From the human T2T-CHM13v2.0 reference genome, Homo sapiens: a DNA stretch of 64,000 bases. The stretch lies in the NCBI RefSeq assembly GCF_009914755.1, contig NC_060936.1; one strand, written 5' to 3'. The notes beneath the pieces were generated by a model that saw nothing but the letters and a program-made list of their open reading frames with translations, ran no database searches and was not told the DNA's origin. Both the position numbers and the translations under genes were made by a program. Positions 1-13,700 of this stretch are shown in pieces; the first letter of the stretch is position 1, and every line of letters begins with the position of its first letter.

Positions 1-2200
1 TTTATGAACATCTTTGGAAAGATAGTCTGTAACAAAATCTGTCGTAAGTCATGCAGAATTGTTAGAGATCCATGGAGAATTGTATCCCAAAAATATCCAT
101 CCCTTGTTTTTACATGAGAAATTTTCTAATAAGTATACTATTCCAGTGGCCACCCTGAATAATCTGACAGGGGCTGGGACAAAAATCAATTAGATTTGCC
201 TCATGGTTCATGCAATTAAGGTTACTATCAATAGTCCAGGTGTTTTCTCCTTAATTTTTAAATTGATCTTCCCAATAGGCTTGAGACTTTAATCCAACTA
301 TAGCTGGACTCCTTTTCCCTCAGGAAGGAATTACAGGACAATTCTGCCATCCAGAATAACCCTGGTCAGCGAGTTGAAGCTGAACTGAATGCTTTCTAGG
401 GCTATAGTGCTGTTGACTTAACACTTAAAAGTATGTTATGACCACCACACCTTCTAGGTGGTATTTGTCCACCCCATGGGATGACTGAGGATGGGGATGG
501 GGAAAATATCCACATCTGTTTCACAAGGGAAGTACAACATCTGGGGCCATGCCCTGCTGTCTTGATGGATTTCTTAGTAAACTTAAGATAAATTACTATG
601 AAATTCTGTTCAGAGCCCCTTGGAAGGGGATGGCAGGTCCATTAGTAAGTTAAATTTAAGGTGCTTGCAGCAGTTTGGGACAGTCCTGCAGAAGTTTTGT
701 TTTTGTTTTTGAAGGAGGCTATAGGGGCAGTTCAAAAGATAAAAATCTCCCTCTTTCATGCTTCCCAGGATTTAAGGTATTCCTTTCAAAGATTCTGGTT
801 TTTTGTTCTCCACCTACTCCCTCAAAATTAGGGTGTTACATTTCAATAGTTATAACTTCACCATTTTTCTAATCATTCTGTATTAACACTTAGACCTTTC
901 ATCTTGAAAGTTCAGGAACAAGGAACAAGTGCACTTTTATAAACCATAACTAAGATTAGTTTGAATACTCTTACTCTTCTTTTGGCCAGGCTGTACCTTG
1001 TTTAATCATTCTGGCCTATACTCGCTGTTAGAGAAAAGAGATACTCATCATACCCAGGAATAGTCAGGATAGAATCCTGAGTTGTCCAAATAGATCTATA
1101 TTACCTTCCATGCATTTTTCCTAATCATTGCCTAGGAAGTGACTGCAAGAATATGATATTTTTTGGGAGAGAGCCATGCTCACTGATAAAATTGCTTTAT
1201 ATAGATGTGTCGATAGAAGGAGGTGATAGAGGTAGGCGCAGACTATCAGTTCATTGTTGATTAGCTTGTGTCACAACTGTCACAATCAAATGGTACAGAA
1301 AACTGAAAACTTAGGCAACTAATTTCAAAGGCCACATTTGTATGGCCAAAGCCAGCTGATGGATAACCTAAAAGATATTAACAGTGGCAAAGATTTGAAG
1401 GTGTAGTGTAGTCAATTTTCCAACAGGAAGGGGCAAAAATCCACGAGATGAGAGACATCCTTCACTATAAGACAAATGAGAAAATTTTTCAGGAATCACA
1501 AGTCTGATATAAAAAGTAGGTCTACCTTAGATATAAAGTTAGACCCAATCAGTTACTTGATTCCAGTCATTCTTATTAGGGAATGGGCCCTTACCATAGG
1601 CATCTGTATGAATAACACAGACAGGGCTATAGGCAGCTGTGATTTGTTTTCCCTGTTTGAGGGCCCAAGTCATGGTGTCTTTGGCTTTTCATGTGGCAGA
1701 CCCAACTGTTAAGCCATTGGCAACAGTCCAAGAATCAGCTTGCTTTCAGCTTAGCCAAACCATCACTGAACCAGGCTCAAGAATTTAAGCGAACTTGGGT
1801 GAATTGAGGTCCCTGTGAGACATCAAATTTGGTTCAGGCAGTGAAGTGGAGATGAGTATTCCCTGAGATAGATAGCTGCTATTTTTTTTTTTTTCATGAG
1901 AAACCGAATGCTACTGAGGCACATTTTTGAGTATACCATTTTCTTTTTACAAGTGAAACCTTTTGGGACCTTCTCACCTTGTTGGTCATTGAATTCAAGT
2001 TGTCCCACCCAAAATGGGAATTATCAAGCCAGTGAGTCACAAGAACTCTAAGTGCCAGTCATTTAGTTTCTAAAGGAATCAAATAGAACGACAATAGGTG
2101 CTTTTCCATAGGAGTGTACCTGATTGCTGTATCAGAAAGGCTGCAAATCCAAAACCAGAAGTGATGTCTCCAGATGAACACTGCCTCCATTGCCAGTTAC
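1..2200 (-). mobile_element. Highly degenerate class-III (ERVL-like) endogenous retrovirus internal region: pol tether/RNase H/integrase remnants followed by an env TM remnant
   Basis: Manual minus-strand translation gives colinear motifs: RYTPMEKHLLSFY..LETK (around 2092-2121; cf. ERVL NYSPFEKQLLACYWALVETE), AWFSDG (~1760-1776), DSWTVANGL (1711-1736), APSCWKIDY (1408-1434; cf. WQVDY), then NSLTRVILDGRIVL*FL..KGV and SYSWIK..RSI*KL (~250-417; env immunosuppressive-domain-like). Many stops and deletions; the element runs off the window start. Confidence 0.65.
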
Positions 2201-2329
2201 AAATCTATCCAAGTTCAACTTCATTTTCAATACATAAGTAATAAGTACATTTGATAATAATTCTCAAGTAGCTAGAAAGCTTTCCAGATCCTCGGTTGTA
2301 ATTTAAAGAATATCTGAACAGAAGGCTTT

Positions 2330-3682
2330 CTTTTTTTTTTAAATGTATTTATTTATTTTACTTTTAGTTCTGGGATACAAGTGCAGAACATGCAGATTTG
2401 TTACATAGGTATACGTGTCCCATGGTGTTTCACTGCACCTATTGACCTGTCCTCACAGATCCCTCTCCTTGCCTCCCCACCCACCAACAGGCCCTGATGT
2501 GTGTTGTTCCCCTCCCTGTGTCCATATGTTCTCATTGTTCAACTCCCGTTTATGAGTGAGAACATGCAGTGTTTGGTTTTCTGTTCCTATGTTAGTTTGC
2601 TGAGGATGATGGCTTCCAGTTTCACCCATGTCCCTGCAAAGGACATGATCTCATTCCTTTTTATGGTTGTGCAGTATTCCGTGGTGTATATGTACCATCT
2701 TTTCTTTATCTAGTCTATCATTAATGGGCATTTGGATTGGTTCCATGACTTTGCTATTATAAATAGTGCTGCAGTAAACATATGTGTGCATGTGTCTTTT
2801 AGTAGAATGATTTATATTCCTTTGGGTATATACCTAGTAATGAGATTGCTGGGTCAAATGGTATTTCTGGTTCTGGATCCTTGATGAATCTCCATACTGT
2901 CTTCCAGAATGGTTGAACTAAATTACATTACCACCAACAGTGTAAAAGTGTTCCTATTTCTCCACAGCCTCACCAGCGTCTGTTGTTTCTTTACATTTTA
3001 ATAATTGTCATTCTGACTGGTGTGAGATAGTATCTCATTGTGGTTTTGATTTGCATTTCTCTAATGATCGGTAATGTTGAACTTTTTTTTATATGTTTGT
3101 TGGCCATGTAAATGTCTTCTTTTGAGAAGTGTCTGTTTATGTCCTTTGCTCGCTTTTTGATGGGGTTATTTGTTTTTTTCTTGTAAATTTGTTTGAGTTC
3201 CTAGTAACTTCTGGATATTAGACTTTTGTCAAATGGGAAAGTTGCAAAAATTTTCTGCCATTCTGTAGGTTGCCTGTTCACTCTGATGATAGTTTCTTTT
3301 GCTGAGCAGAAGCTCTTTAATTTAATTAGATCCCGTTTGTGAATTTTGGCTTTTATTGCAATTGCTTTTGGCATTATCGTCATGAAGTCTTTGCCTATGC
3401 CTGTGTCCTGAATGGTATTACCTAGGTTTTCTTCTAGGGTTTTTATGATTCGAGGTTTCACATTTACGTCTTTAATCCAGCTTGAGTTAGTTTTTGTATA
3501 AGGTGTAAGGAAGTTGTCCAGTTTCAGTTTTCTGCATATGGCTAGCCAGTTTTCTCAGCACCATTTATTGAACAGGAGATCTTTTTCCCATTGCTTATTT
3601 TTGTCAGGTTTGCTGAAAATCAGATGGTTGTAGATGTGTGGTGTTATTTCTGAGGTCTCTGTTCTGTTCCATTGGTCTATGT
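2330..3682 (-). mobile_element. 5'-truncated L1PA (older primate L1, roughly L1PA8-10-like): ORF2 C-terminus, 3' UTR and poly(A)
   Basis: Poly-T at 2331-2340; L1 3' UTR; ORF2-like peptides in minus ORFs 3201-3461 and 3555-3848; TSD AGAAGGCTTT at 2320-2329 and 3687-3696. Confidence 0.92.
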
Positions 3683-4999
3683 GAGTAGAAGGCTTTATTA
3701 AGCAACAACTGAAATTTGTATAAATTTGCAGTGGTAAGCATGATATATTAACATACATTTTAAAAAACAGTGGTATATTTATAACTCCTAGCCAATTCCT
3801 CCTGACATTTTGAGATTTTATTTCCCTCAGCATACTAGGTAATGCCAAATCTATTTGATATTAATAAGCTTGAGTACATATAAATTCGTTGTCTTGGTAA
3901 CATATTTTTGGTTGCGATTATATAATTACCAAAAGCATCTTTAACATTTTATATAAAACCTTCTCTTTATGCTTCTAGAAATTTCTAAGAGATAGTAGTT
4001 AAATAATTGTTCTGGGATTCTATAAAAGTTTCTATAAACTTTCTATTCAGGAAAAAAAGGTATTTTCAAAGTTTTCTGTACTTTTAAATATTAATTAGAA
4101 AATGTCAATTTTATCCAGACTTTATGTAGCCTTTCCAAGGAAGAGCACTCTATCAACATCTCTATGATGTGGCAAAGAAGTTTATTGTGCTTTGTGGGAT
4201 CTTGTCCTGCTGAAGAGAGAAAACAGCTGGATTTCTAGAGAATATAAAAAGTAGATGGTTTGGCAGGTGTTTAAGAAAACAAAAATTTTAAAAAGGCTGT
4301 TTGTATAAAATCAGTGTAAGAGTCAGGCAACTTGCCTGACAGTGCTGGTCGTTTTCCATAACCACTCCTCAGGTGGCATGTTGCCTTTGTAATATTGTCT
4401 CCTTCACATTTTCTCATCAATTTAGCAGTTTTCAGCAGAATAAAAATACTAATTCAATTATAGCTGATATACTGGCCCTTGATCTTCCCTGAGATATGAC
4501 TGGATTTTCCCTTGTCATTGAAAAGAAAAAACAAAAAAACTCTAAGTTCTAAATCCTGTTTACAATTTTACATCAAATAAAAATTTCCATCCCCACCTTA
4601 TTTTAACAGAAAAGTCATTAGATTTATTTGTCATTCATGATGAGCTAAAGAGAGAATTCTGATTGTATAAATCAGTGGGAGTTTACTGAGTTACTAGCCT
4701 GATTTAACAAGCAATCAACATAAATGGCTTAAATACATTAGAAATAAATGGCCGTATCTTTTTTTTCTGTAATTTTCCAAAAGTACCAAAGCATATGTGT
4801 TTCCTTTTATTTTAGAGTCTCCTTGAACTGTAGCCATTGTTTCTAGATTGCCATTTTCAACCCTTTTCTTTCTGTGAGGATGAGAAGGAGGAATACTCAT
4901 GGCTCTGGTGAGAGAGCTTTGTCTCTCTCTGCCTCTCTCTTTTTCCAATAACGCATTTTTTAACAAATATTGAATTATTTACAAATACTGAAATTTGAA

Positions 5000-5252
5000 T
5001 TTTTAATTGACAAATAAAAATTGTATATGTTTATTGTGTAAAACATGAGATTTTGAAATATGTATACATTGTGGAAAGGCTAAATTGAGCTTATTAACAT
5101 GTGCGTTACCTCACATAGTTAACATTTTTTTTGTGGTGAGAATGCTTAAAATGTATTCTCTTAATGATTTTCAAGAATATACTATATTGTTATTAACTAT
5201 AGTCACCATGTTGTGCAAAAGAGCTCTTGAATTTATTCCTCTCATATAACTG
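5000..5252 (-). mobile_element. L1MA-type 3' end fragment
   Basis: Typical antisense L1MA 3' UTR text (ttttaattgacaaataaaaattgtatat...ttaactatagtcaccatgttgt). Confidence 0.7.
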
Positions 5253-6449
5253 ACAAATAGCAATTCTTCAACCAAATATATATTAAACCATATATAACTA
5301 TGATATATATATATATGTATATGTTAATATTCGCTACCTAGAAGAAATTTAACAATTGATCTGTCTAGCAACTGAATAGAGGCACACTATTTACATAACA
5401 TTCAAATGGTGCAAGTTTGGTTAGGTATCCTAAGACTAAATTTCATTAAGTGAAATTCTGTCATTGCACTACCTGCCTGTAGTCAATATGTCCTAGGCCT
5501 GCCTTTCCAATGGTCTTTCAAAAGGCAGTCAAGACACACTGTAATTGTGTGAATGAAAAATTGCATTTACATCCCCTCAGAATAAATTATTCTAGTTTTA
5601 AATCATAAAATGTTTGATTATTTTACAACCTTTTTTAAAAAAAATTGGTATTCTAAGCATCTTTTTTCCCCCAAAAAATTACAGAAACATAGAAATTAAT
5701 TCTAAGCCATATTATATATTCAATCAAGTAAAAATCAGATAATTACATCCTAAATTATACAACACTAATATAATTAGCAGGTTCCATTGTGGAAAGATAG
5801 AGTAAATTTGGAAATTCCATAAATTGGAGAAATATGTCTTAAGAGAGGGAGTTTAAAACAGGAATTTCCAAATTTGGGCTTAAATTTATAATTTTGTTTT
5901 TTGAACAGTTGAATTAGAGAATATAAATCAGGGACCATGTTCCTTGTATTGTTTAATTCATTGCCACAAAATGTGGTTTTTTTACTCTATTCAGAAAATT
6001 TGTGAAAATAAAAAAAATTTAAGAAAAAGCTGGTTTATAGACTTTATAGAAAAATTGACACTAACATATTAAAATACTATAAATTTTCAATAGTGATGTC
6101 TGTAGTGTAAGAGCTAAAAAAATGACTTTACTCAGTTCCATCTAGATTTGGCTCAGAGTCATAGTTATAAACAGTTAAATACACTGAAGAGTCTGCACCT
6201 CATTTTTTAGAGCATTCAAATATCAAGTTTTCACTTTATCCAAAACTTAGGGATGAAAAGTCTTATCCCATTTTTAGCATGTTTTCATTAAACAGATGAA
6301 TATCATCTCACAATAGTAAGTAGAAAATTTCCTGTAAATAAAAATTCTGATATACTTTGTCAACATTTGTAGTCTATAAGATGAATTAAAAGAAACATTG
6401 TAAAAGTTATGTAAGCTAAATTACATACATTTTAATATTATTTGTGCAG

Positions 6450-6539
6450 GCTGCCTTAGAAGAAGAATGGCTAGCATTAGATTCCACCCGCTTCCCTTCA
6501 CAAACACTGCTTCTTTCAAACCAGCTGCATTGGCCAAAG
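6450..6539 (+). CDS. LRRIQ1: LRRIQ1 internal coding exon (90 nt, phase 0-0): AALEEEWLALDSTRFPSQTLLLSNQLHWPK
   Basis: tttgtgcag| acceptor and AAG|gtaaca donor; open frame that joins the next exon; peptide recognised from memory of LRRIQ1. Confidence 0.88.
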
Positions 6540-7193
6540 GTAACATGTCATGGAAACTTCTGAGTCCTCGATCTTTGCTCATTTCTTAAGGTTATGCTAT
6601 GTTGCAGTGATTAATAATACAATTTATTGACTTGAAAAACATAATTACTTTTAGAAGCCTCTGACTTCCTCCTCATCCCCAGATGTAATTTTTCATGTAG
6701 CTTTTCTTTCATTTGCTCCTTTTTTTCTTTATTTTGGATTTCTTTCAACACTTTATTTCACAGTAGCAAAAGAAAAAAAATGATATGCTTCAGCTGCATA
6801 TTTGGCAGTAGACTAAAATCACTAGTTGACAGCACTTTAAAAATACAAAAATATGCATTAAGAGGGCAACAGCTGAAGATTTTCAGTCAGAGGTCAATGG
6901 ACTGCAATATCTGTTATTTATTTGATAATCTTTGAAGTTTTAGTTTTCTGAGATTTTTAAAGATCTTTGCAATTAATCATTTTCTATGTGAGAGCTATCC
7001 CAAAAAGCATAATTTCCACCACTACAACAAAGGACATGTATAATATATTACATAAATTTCATTTTATTATAATTTTAATTTTATAATGAGTTTCCCTTAG
7101 GAGGCTATTTGGTAATATGCATGTAAAATAATACAACATAAATGCTAGGATTTTTTATTTTACTTCACACTTATTTACTTTTTTTGTGAAAAG

Positions 7194-7315
7194 ATTCCTG
7201 GAAACTTAAAATGGGATGATACTTCATTTAATTTACCAAGTAATCCAGCTCAAGCATGGTTATGTAATGACAAAGAAAATTTGTCTTCTTCAGAACACAC
7301 ACAATTTAATAGCAG
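7194..7315 (+). CDS. LRRIQ1: LRRIQ1 coding exon (122 nt, phase 0-2): IPGNLKWDDTSFNLPSNPAQAWLCNDKENLSSSEHTQFNS(R)
   Basis: T-rich tract then aag| acceptor; CAG|gtaagc donor; phase compatible with neighbouring exons. Confidence 0.9.
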
Positions 7316-7832
7316 GTAAGCTAAACTATTGTTTTAGAGAATCAACTTGTGAATGACAACAGTATTACATATCATACAAAAGTAGTACAATTATAAAACT
7401 AGATGTGAATTTACTTGTTTAGGAAACAGAATATTTAGTGTTAAAAACATCATGGTCATGAAGAGTTTTCAGTGTAAGGAAAATGAATGAAGTAGGTACA
7501 TTAAAGCAACTACAAAATTTATATGTCAGGGAAACAATGTAATTAATTATTGTAAACAAGTGGATCTTTAAATACTATATAGGTACAGATAATGATTAGA
7601 CTAAAAATTCCAGTGCTATGTTACTTTTCACAAAGGGATTGAAATATGCTTCAAGTAATTGAAATGTAAACATTTTAAATTAATGGCAGACTTTTATTGC
7701 CTTTCAAGATAATGTTTTTTGCTAACTTAGATTTTATTTCCAAGTTTGAGACAACATAAACAGTTTGTAGTTTTAAAAAGTGCTGATATACTTGTGTTGA
7801 TTCAGTTAAAAGTGGTTTTTTTCTATTGCCAG

Positions 7833-7928
7833 ATCAGAAAATAAAACTTCTTCCTGGACACCTGAATCAAAGACCAGTAGAAAGAGTTTGCTAAAATCTG
7901 AAAAAGAAAAAAAAATTTCAGAAGAATG
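7833..7928 (+). CDS. LRRIQ1: LRRIQ1 coding exon (96 nt, phase 2-2): SENKTSSWTPESKTSRKSLLKSEKEKKISEE(W)
   Basis: ttttctattgccag| acceptor; ATG|gtatgt donor; in frame. Confidence 0.9.
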
Positions 7929-8181
7929 GTATGTAGTCAATTTGACACTAATAAATTAAAAAATTGAGAGATTGCTAAAAGTCCAAGACAGATACTTTTC
8001 AAGATTTTAAGAATACCTATATTAGTTTTTTATAAATTGTCCATCCAATTTAGTTTCTTAAATGGGAATTCACATTTATTTTAGTATGCTATAATTCAGA
8101 TATGCATGTCTATTTTTATATGCATATCTAAATATGATCCAGGTATTTGTTTTACCTTTATTATATTTAATCTTTTAATAG

Positions 8182-8264
8182 GGGCTTTAAGGATATTTCT
8201 ACTGCTCAGCAAATGTTGAAGAGGGCACAGAAAATGAAATCGAAGAAACTAAAGAAAAAAATAG
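8182..8264 (+). CDS. LRRIQ1: LRRIQ1 coding exon (83 nt, phase 2-1): GFKDISTAQQMLKRAQKMKSKKLKKKI(D)
   Basis: tcttttaatag| acceptor; TAG|gtgagt donor; completes the EEWGFKD motif. Confidence 0.9.
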
Positions 8265-10524
8265 GTGAGTAATTAGTGCTCTTTGAATAATAACTGTGTA
8301 TGGAAAATTGAAGATAACTTCTTTAAAATATATTTTATAAATTATGTTTAATAAGAACAGTAATCAATTCACAGATGACTATGTCTAAGATACTCTGAAA
8401 AAAAATAAAACTTAAGAGAAAATTATGCTATGCCATTGAATGATTTATACTCTTAAACACTATTTTTACTTTTTCGGCTCTTTCTTATATACTTTGCTAT
8501 TGATTGTTCTAGCTATTGTGTACTGAGAATTATAAGTTGTTTTAAAACTGGTTCATTTTGGCAAATGTTGACTCTAAAGAGTATCTGTTTCACTCCTTAG
8601 TCTTTTGCGTGCTTTTAAATTGCTTGATTATTCAATAAATTGTATAAATTTATCAGTTCAGTGGATTTTAGCTATGAAGACTTCACAACTTAGAATCTTG
8701 GAAAAGCAAAGTTTATATATTTTATGATTTTGTAGGACTTGCGAAATGTTCTAAAGCATCTTTTATTCTATCCCACTTACAAGGCTACTCTTTAAATCAT
8801 TTGTTTTTCTTTGGATACCTCTAATCATTTTAGTGTAATTACTTAATATATGGAGTCAGAGAAGAAATATCAGGATATTATGATATCTTTAATTAAAACT
8901 ATTTAAAATAATTGCATGTAACTTTATATATAACTGTAAATATTTACTCATATAAATATAAGAACATGTATTTCTTTTGTACATCAGTTTTGTTTTCTAA
9001 AGTTCTTACTGTTAGTAAAAAGTTTCCAAAAAAGACCAGTTACTCATGAGCAGTGCAATAAATGTATACTTTTCCTATAGATCTAGCTTATGTAATCATA
9101 TGAAAAAATATTTCATAAAACTATTTTTATCTTTTTCTATTAATTATATTTTAATTATAATTCAGTAAATTCTAAGAACCAGATATAAATATAACATTTT
9201 AAAACAAGTAAATGTTGCAAAAGTGCTTTTGATTTTCAAGGAATAACTGATATTTATTGGCACATCACTGACTAGCCATTGATAAGTTACTGGTGATTCA
9301 TTTTTATATTCTGAAGTGTTCAACTTGCATACCTTATTGTTATGTTAGTGATATCTTAATTTTTTTACTTTTTTGTGATAACATTTTTATTGAGTAGTAA
9401 ATTTTTTCAGGTTTAAAACATTAACATTTCAAGCATTTTTAAAGAAAATATAAACACCTTGCTTTTTAATTTGTTTGTACCTCCTGCACTCTCATTTTGT
9501 AAGCTCCTATTAAGTTCATCAGGCTTCTCTGAACTGAATGCTATGTGGTGGTTACCCAGTGAAATAGTAACTCCAGACTCTTAACGATAGTGAGATTCTC
9601 TTTCAGTTCTCTAGATATAGAATCTAGTAGTGTAAATCTGGTAGTGTAATAAACTCTATTATTGCTTTGATGTCTATTTCTACCCATCTTCAGCAGTATC
9701 AAAAACATTCTTTAAACAACTGTTTTGAGAATAATAACAATTTCTGAAACTCCTGGGGCAAGTTCAAATATCAGAGGTGGTTTAAGAACTGATTCAGCCA
9801 ATATTCAACAAATAATTATGACATAGTTGTATTCAAGGAATTTTGCTAGGCCCACTTTTAAAAGTATTTGTAATGTTTGCAATAAATAGCCTCCAGTAGT
9901 GAAAGCAGAGGAAAAGCTTAGCTTGTCAGACTTCCCATATGATTCCGTCTCTGGGAAATATATAGGTCTTTCTTGCCAACTCTTGTAATTGAGGGTTTTG
10001 TTGGGGGTGAGAACATTTTTTATAAAGCAGCATAGCAAGTGTTTTAGCAGAGGATTCAGTAAGGAATATATGCTAGTACATAAAAATCATTGCTTTAATG
10101 GCCACGACTAGAGATAATTATCAGGCAAAAATTAAACCTCTTTTATCAGTCACAAGGGGGCATGACAGGGTAACAAATGAAAGAAAGTAACCAGACATCC
10201 AACTTAATGACCACATCTTTAACTTAACATTTTGGGTTAGGTTAAAATCCTAAATGGCAATTGTATAATATTTATGGGGACTGTTACTCCAATAACATGA
10301 TTATAATCCAAATTGCATTCTTATTACCGTGTAAGGTTTTGTATCTCTATGTATCACTTTTGTTTTGCTTTTTTTATCAATATATTAGAATAATGAAACA
10401 AAACATTTTATGTTTAAAACATGAACGCTGAAATGTAAAATTTAGTGATAAGTTTTATACTCTTCTCACTTTTTTCATTCTATTTTTCATTCACAACAGA
10501 TATACAGATTAGAAACATTAAAGA

Positions 10525-10700
10525 GAGGATTAATGGTGAAAAGCATGAAAAAGAAAATCTGAGAGATATTTTCTAATCATCACATTTTGTCTATCTTCTG
10601 TTCAGTTGATGATGTAGAACTTATTTCATTTTGTATCTGTGAGCAAATTATTTAAGATTCTGTGCCTCAGGTTTTCTTCTTATAGAATAAAAAATGTTCA
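10525..10700 (+). mobile_element. MIR fragment
   Basis: Degenerate MIR core (gagcaaattatttaagattctgtgcctcaggttttcttctatagaat). Confidence 0.5.
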
Positions 10701-13700
10701 GTACTTTTTCCAGTTTTATAATTCAATCGATCTGTGATATACCATTAACTTACTTGCATCTGTCTCAAATAATGACCATAATTTAAATTTTTACTCACTA
10801 ATGAGTTAAAACAATGTTTTAAATATCTAAATTTGGTTAAACACTGAAAGATTTACTAGCAGTTTTTAAATATACTTGGAGATACATATCTTACATAGAC
10901 AACTTGCCAACTTGAAATTTTTAAGCCACTAGAGAGCAACATCGTCTATAAAACTGCTGCGAGACTAACTAGATCTACGGGAGTGGGGAGCATGGCAGGA
11001 GGGGTGTCAGAGAATACAAACAATTAATTAATGTAATAAATTATGGCCTACAATCTAACAAAGTAGTAATCCTCAAGGAAATGGAGCACAATTGCAAGAA
11101 GTATGGTAGCTTTAATTCAAATTTCTGCCACAGAAAACCTTAGAGCGCTCAGTAGCAAGCACTTCATATTTTCTGTTTGTATTTTGTACATGTTTTTATC
11201 AGTCAAGGGATATGAGTCAATAATATTTTATTTATTTAAGATGAAAATGAAAATACAGCAAAAAGCAGAGGGTCAATTAATTTAAGAAAGTAGAATGTAA
11301 TGGAATCAGTTGCAGAGAGAGGGAAGAATATGAGGAAGCTCATTTATGAAGAGGCAACAAACTGAGCGAGGAAAGATGTGGTATGGGCAGCTACTAGGGG
11401 AGACTTAGTATCGATGACTTCTATTGGTAGAAGTGAGACCATCTGATTAAAAGAGGAGGAGGGTGGAGAAGGAAGAGGAGGAATTGATTGAAAGCTACAC
11501 GGTAAAATCTAAAATTGTGAGGAGTTATCATTACTTATACAGTTTATGTTTGGGTTATAGTGGTTGTTTTTCCTAGTGAGTAATTGCTTTTAACCTCTTG
11601 ATTGGCATAAGCTTGAACCAATAATGACTGGTCTTGTATTTCTGGGTTTTATTTGTTTGTTTGTTTGTATTTATTGTTGCTTCATACACAGAAGCAGTTT
11701 CAGAATTTGGTGATCTGTGTTGAAATTTAGCAGATATCCAGGGAAGTTTAGAATTCAGTAGTGCAGTGAAGAAGATCCTGTGTAAGGTGAGAGTTACTGG
11801 TTTATTGAAAACATGCAGGGTCAATAATCTCACAACACTGAGTGTAATTGGTAGCAAGACTGAGATGAGGTGGATGCAGAAAGGGAGTGGGTGTTTGGTT
11901 TTGATGTGGAGCACTCCTCAGAGTGCTCAGAGAGAATGGGGTCTGAGTATAGGGATTTTGGTGGAGATTAGCTGGTAAGAGGTTTAAGGAACATAGTACG
12001 AAGACCTAACATGGATTTTTTGCCAGGAATTAAGCCAGCATTAAAAAAAGACTAATTTTTTATGTCAAGTAAACAACTCATGGGCTATAGCAAAGCCATC
12101 AGATTGCAGAATGATAATAAATGTAACTAAAGAATGTTAAGGGGGAGGGACCAGCAGGGAATAGTATAGACAAAACTCTACCAAAATGAAGTTTATTCAA
12201 GATTTATTTTGTTTACCACATCAATTTTCAGAAAGATTTTACAAGAATTTTGATCAGATGTTACTGTGTTATGCTCTCAACCACAAAAAATTAATAATAA
12301 AATTCATCTGAATAGTAAAATCCTTGAGGGCTGAAACACTCTTGACATCTCAGACCTACTACCACCATGCCTAGCACCTGGTAGATATCCAATGAATGTC
12401 AATTGACTAAAAAAAAAAAGCTAGATAAAAGTCACTAATATACATTTTACAGTATGTGTGTGCATTTTAGTCATGTAAATATATGCTTATATTTGGGAAA
12501 ATTTAAATTAGTAAATAGTACTCCTTTTAAGATTATGAAATATTGCTAGTTATTCAAGCTTATTTTACAGCACTGCTATACACCTTATTTTACACCTGCA
12601 AAAAATGGGTAATAATAACCAGATTTGTATGTAAGAAGAAAAATACTAAAATAAAACAATGAGATAAATTAGAATTATAGAAGTTGAAAAGGGATTGTAC
12701 AAGGAATTTAATAATATGGATACTCTAATGCTTAACTAAAATTATATTATTTAAATGAAATAATAAACTGTTAAGTATAGAGATGCATGCATAATAGGGA
12801 CATGGTTACTTACCTAGGGGTTTCTTGAAACATTTTTGAACATCTATTTAATACCTATTTCCCCAACACTGGGCAAGTCATTGCTGGGAGATAAAAAGAT
12901 TTATGTTTATAAGGCAACTTACACCTGCTGTTGATTACCACAGAGGAGTAGACTTAAGTGTACAAAACTGACTTTATAATGAATAAAAACGTGTAACAAA
13001 CTATACTGTTTACAATTACCTTATCCCTTGGCTTTTTTTTTTAACTGGGTTGTGTTTTTATTTATTTATTCATTTTTTTATTGAGGTAAGAATACTGCAT
13101 TATTACCAGTGGTATTTTCAGGGACTATCAAAATCAAGTGATTTTTTTTCTATCTAAAAGTACTATGTTTCTTACTTCTTATAATTATCCCTTTGCAATT
13201 TGAATTAATTCAAGATTAAATCAATTTATGCTGATGCAATCAGAATGACTGATAATGTAGCACTATTGCTCTTGGAGAATAAAATTATTTTGAGTAACTT
13301 TAGCTAGATAACCTTTCTAAATATTTTGTACATATTAAATTATTTGACCTTGATAATAGTATGAGGAAAGTATGATTGTTTTATTATTTGGCCAAAGAAA
13401 TGCCAAAGAACTTATAAAATATCCATAGCTTCTGTTCAGTGCACTGTGTTAAATGAAATGGAGCCAATTATGGTTCTATGTATTTTTATATATTGCAGTA
13501 AATTTTATGAAGAATGTAAGTTTTTTTTCTAAGAATATAAACTGGAAATGTTTCATTGTTGATGTCATAATTATGTCTGTGGTTGAGAACCTACACAAAT
13601 GTGTGCATGGGACTGATTTTTTTTACACAAATGATCTCATTAATTTGTACAGTACTACTAGTACTTCAAAAACAATATTACTTCTGTTGGACAGAGGAAG

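Noticed and set aside
1040-1170. LINE endonuclease-like words (NIIFLQ, LTIPGY) on the minus strand
   Set aside because: Short and interrupted, and they lie between ERV integrase and env motifs, which explain the region better; probably chance.
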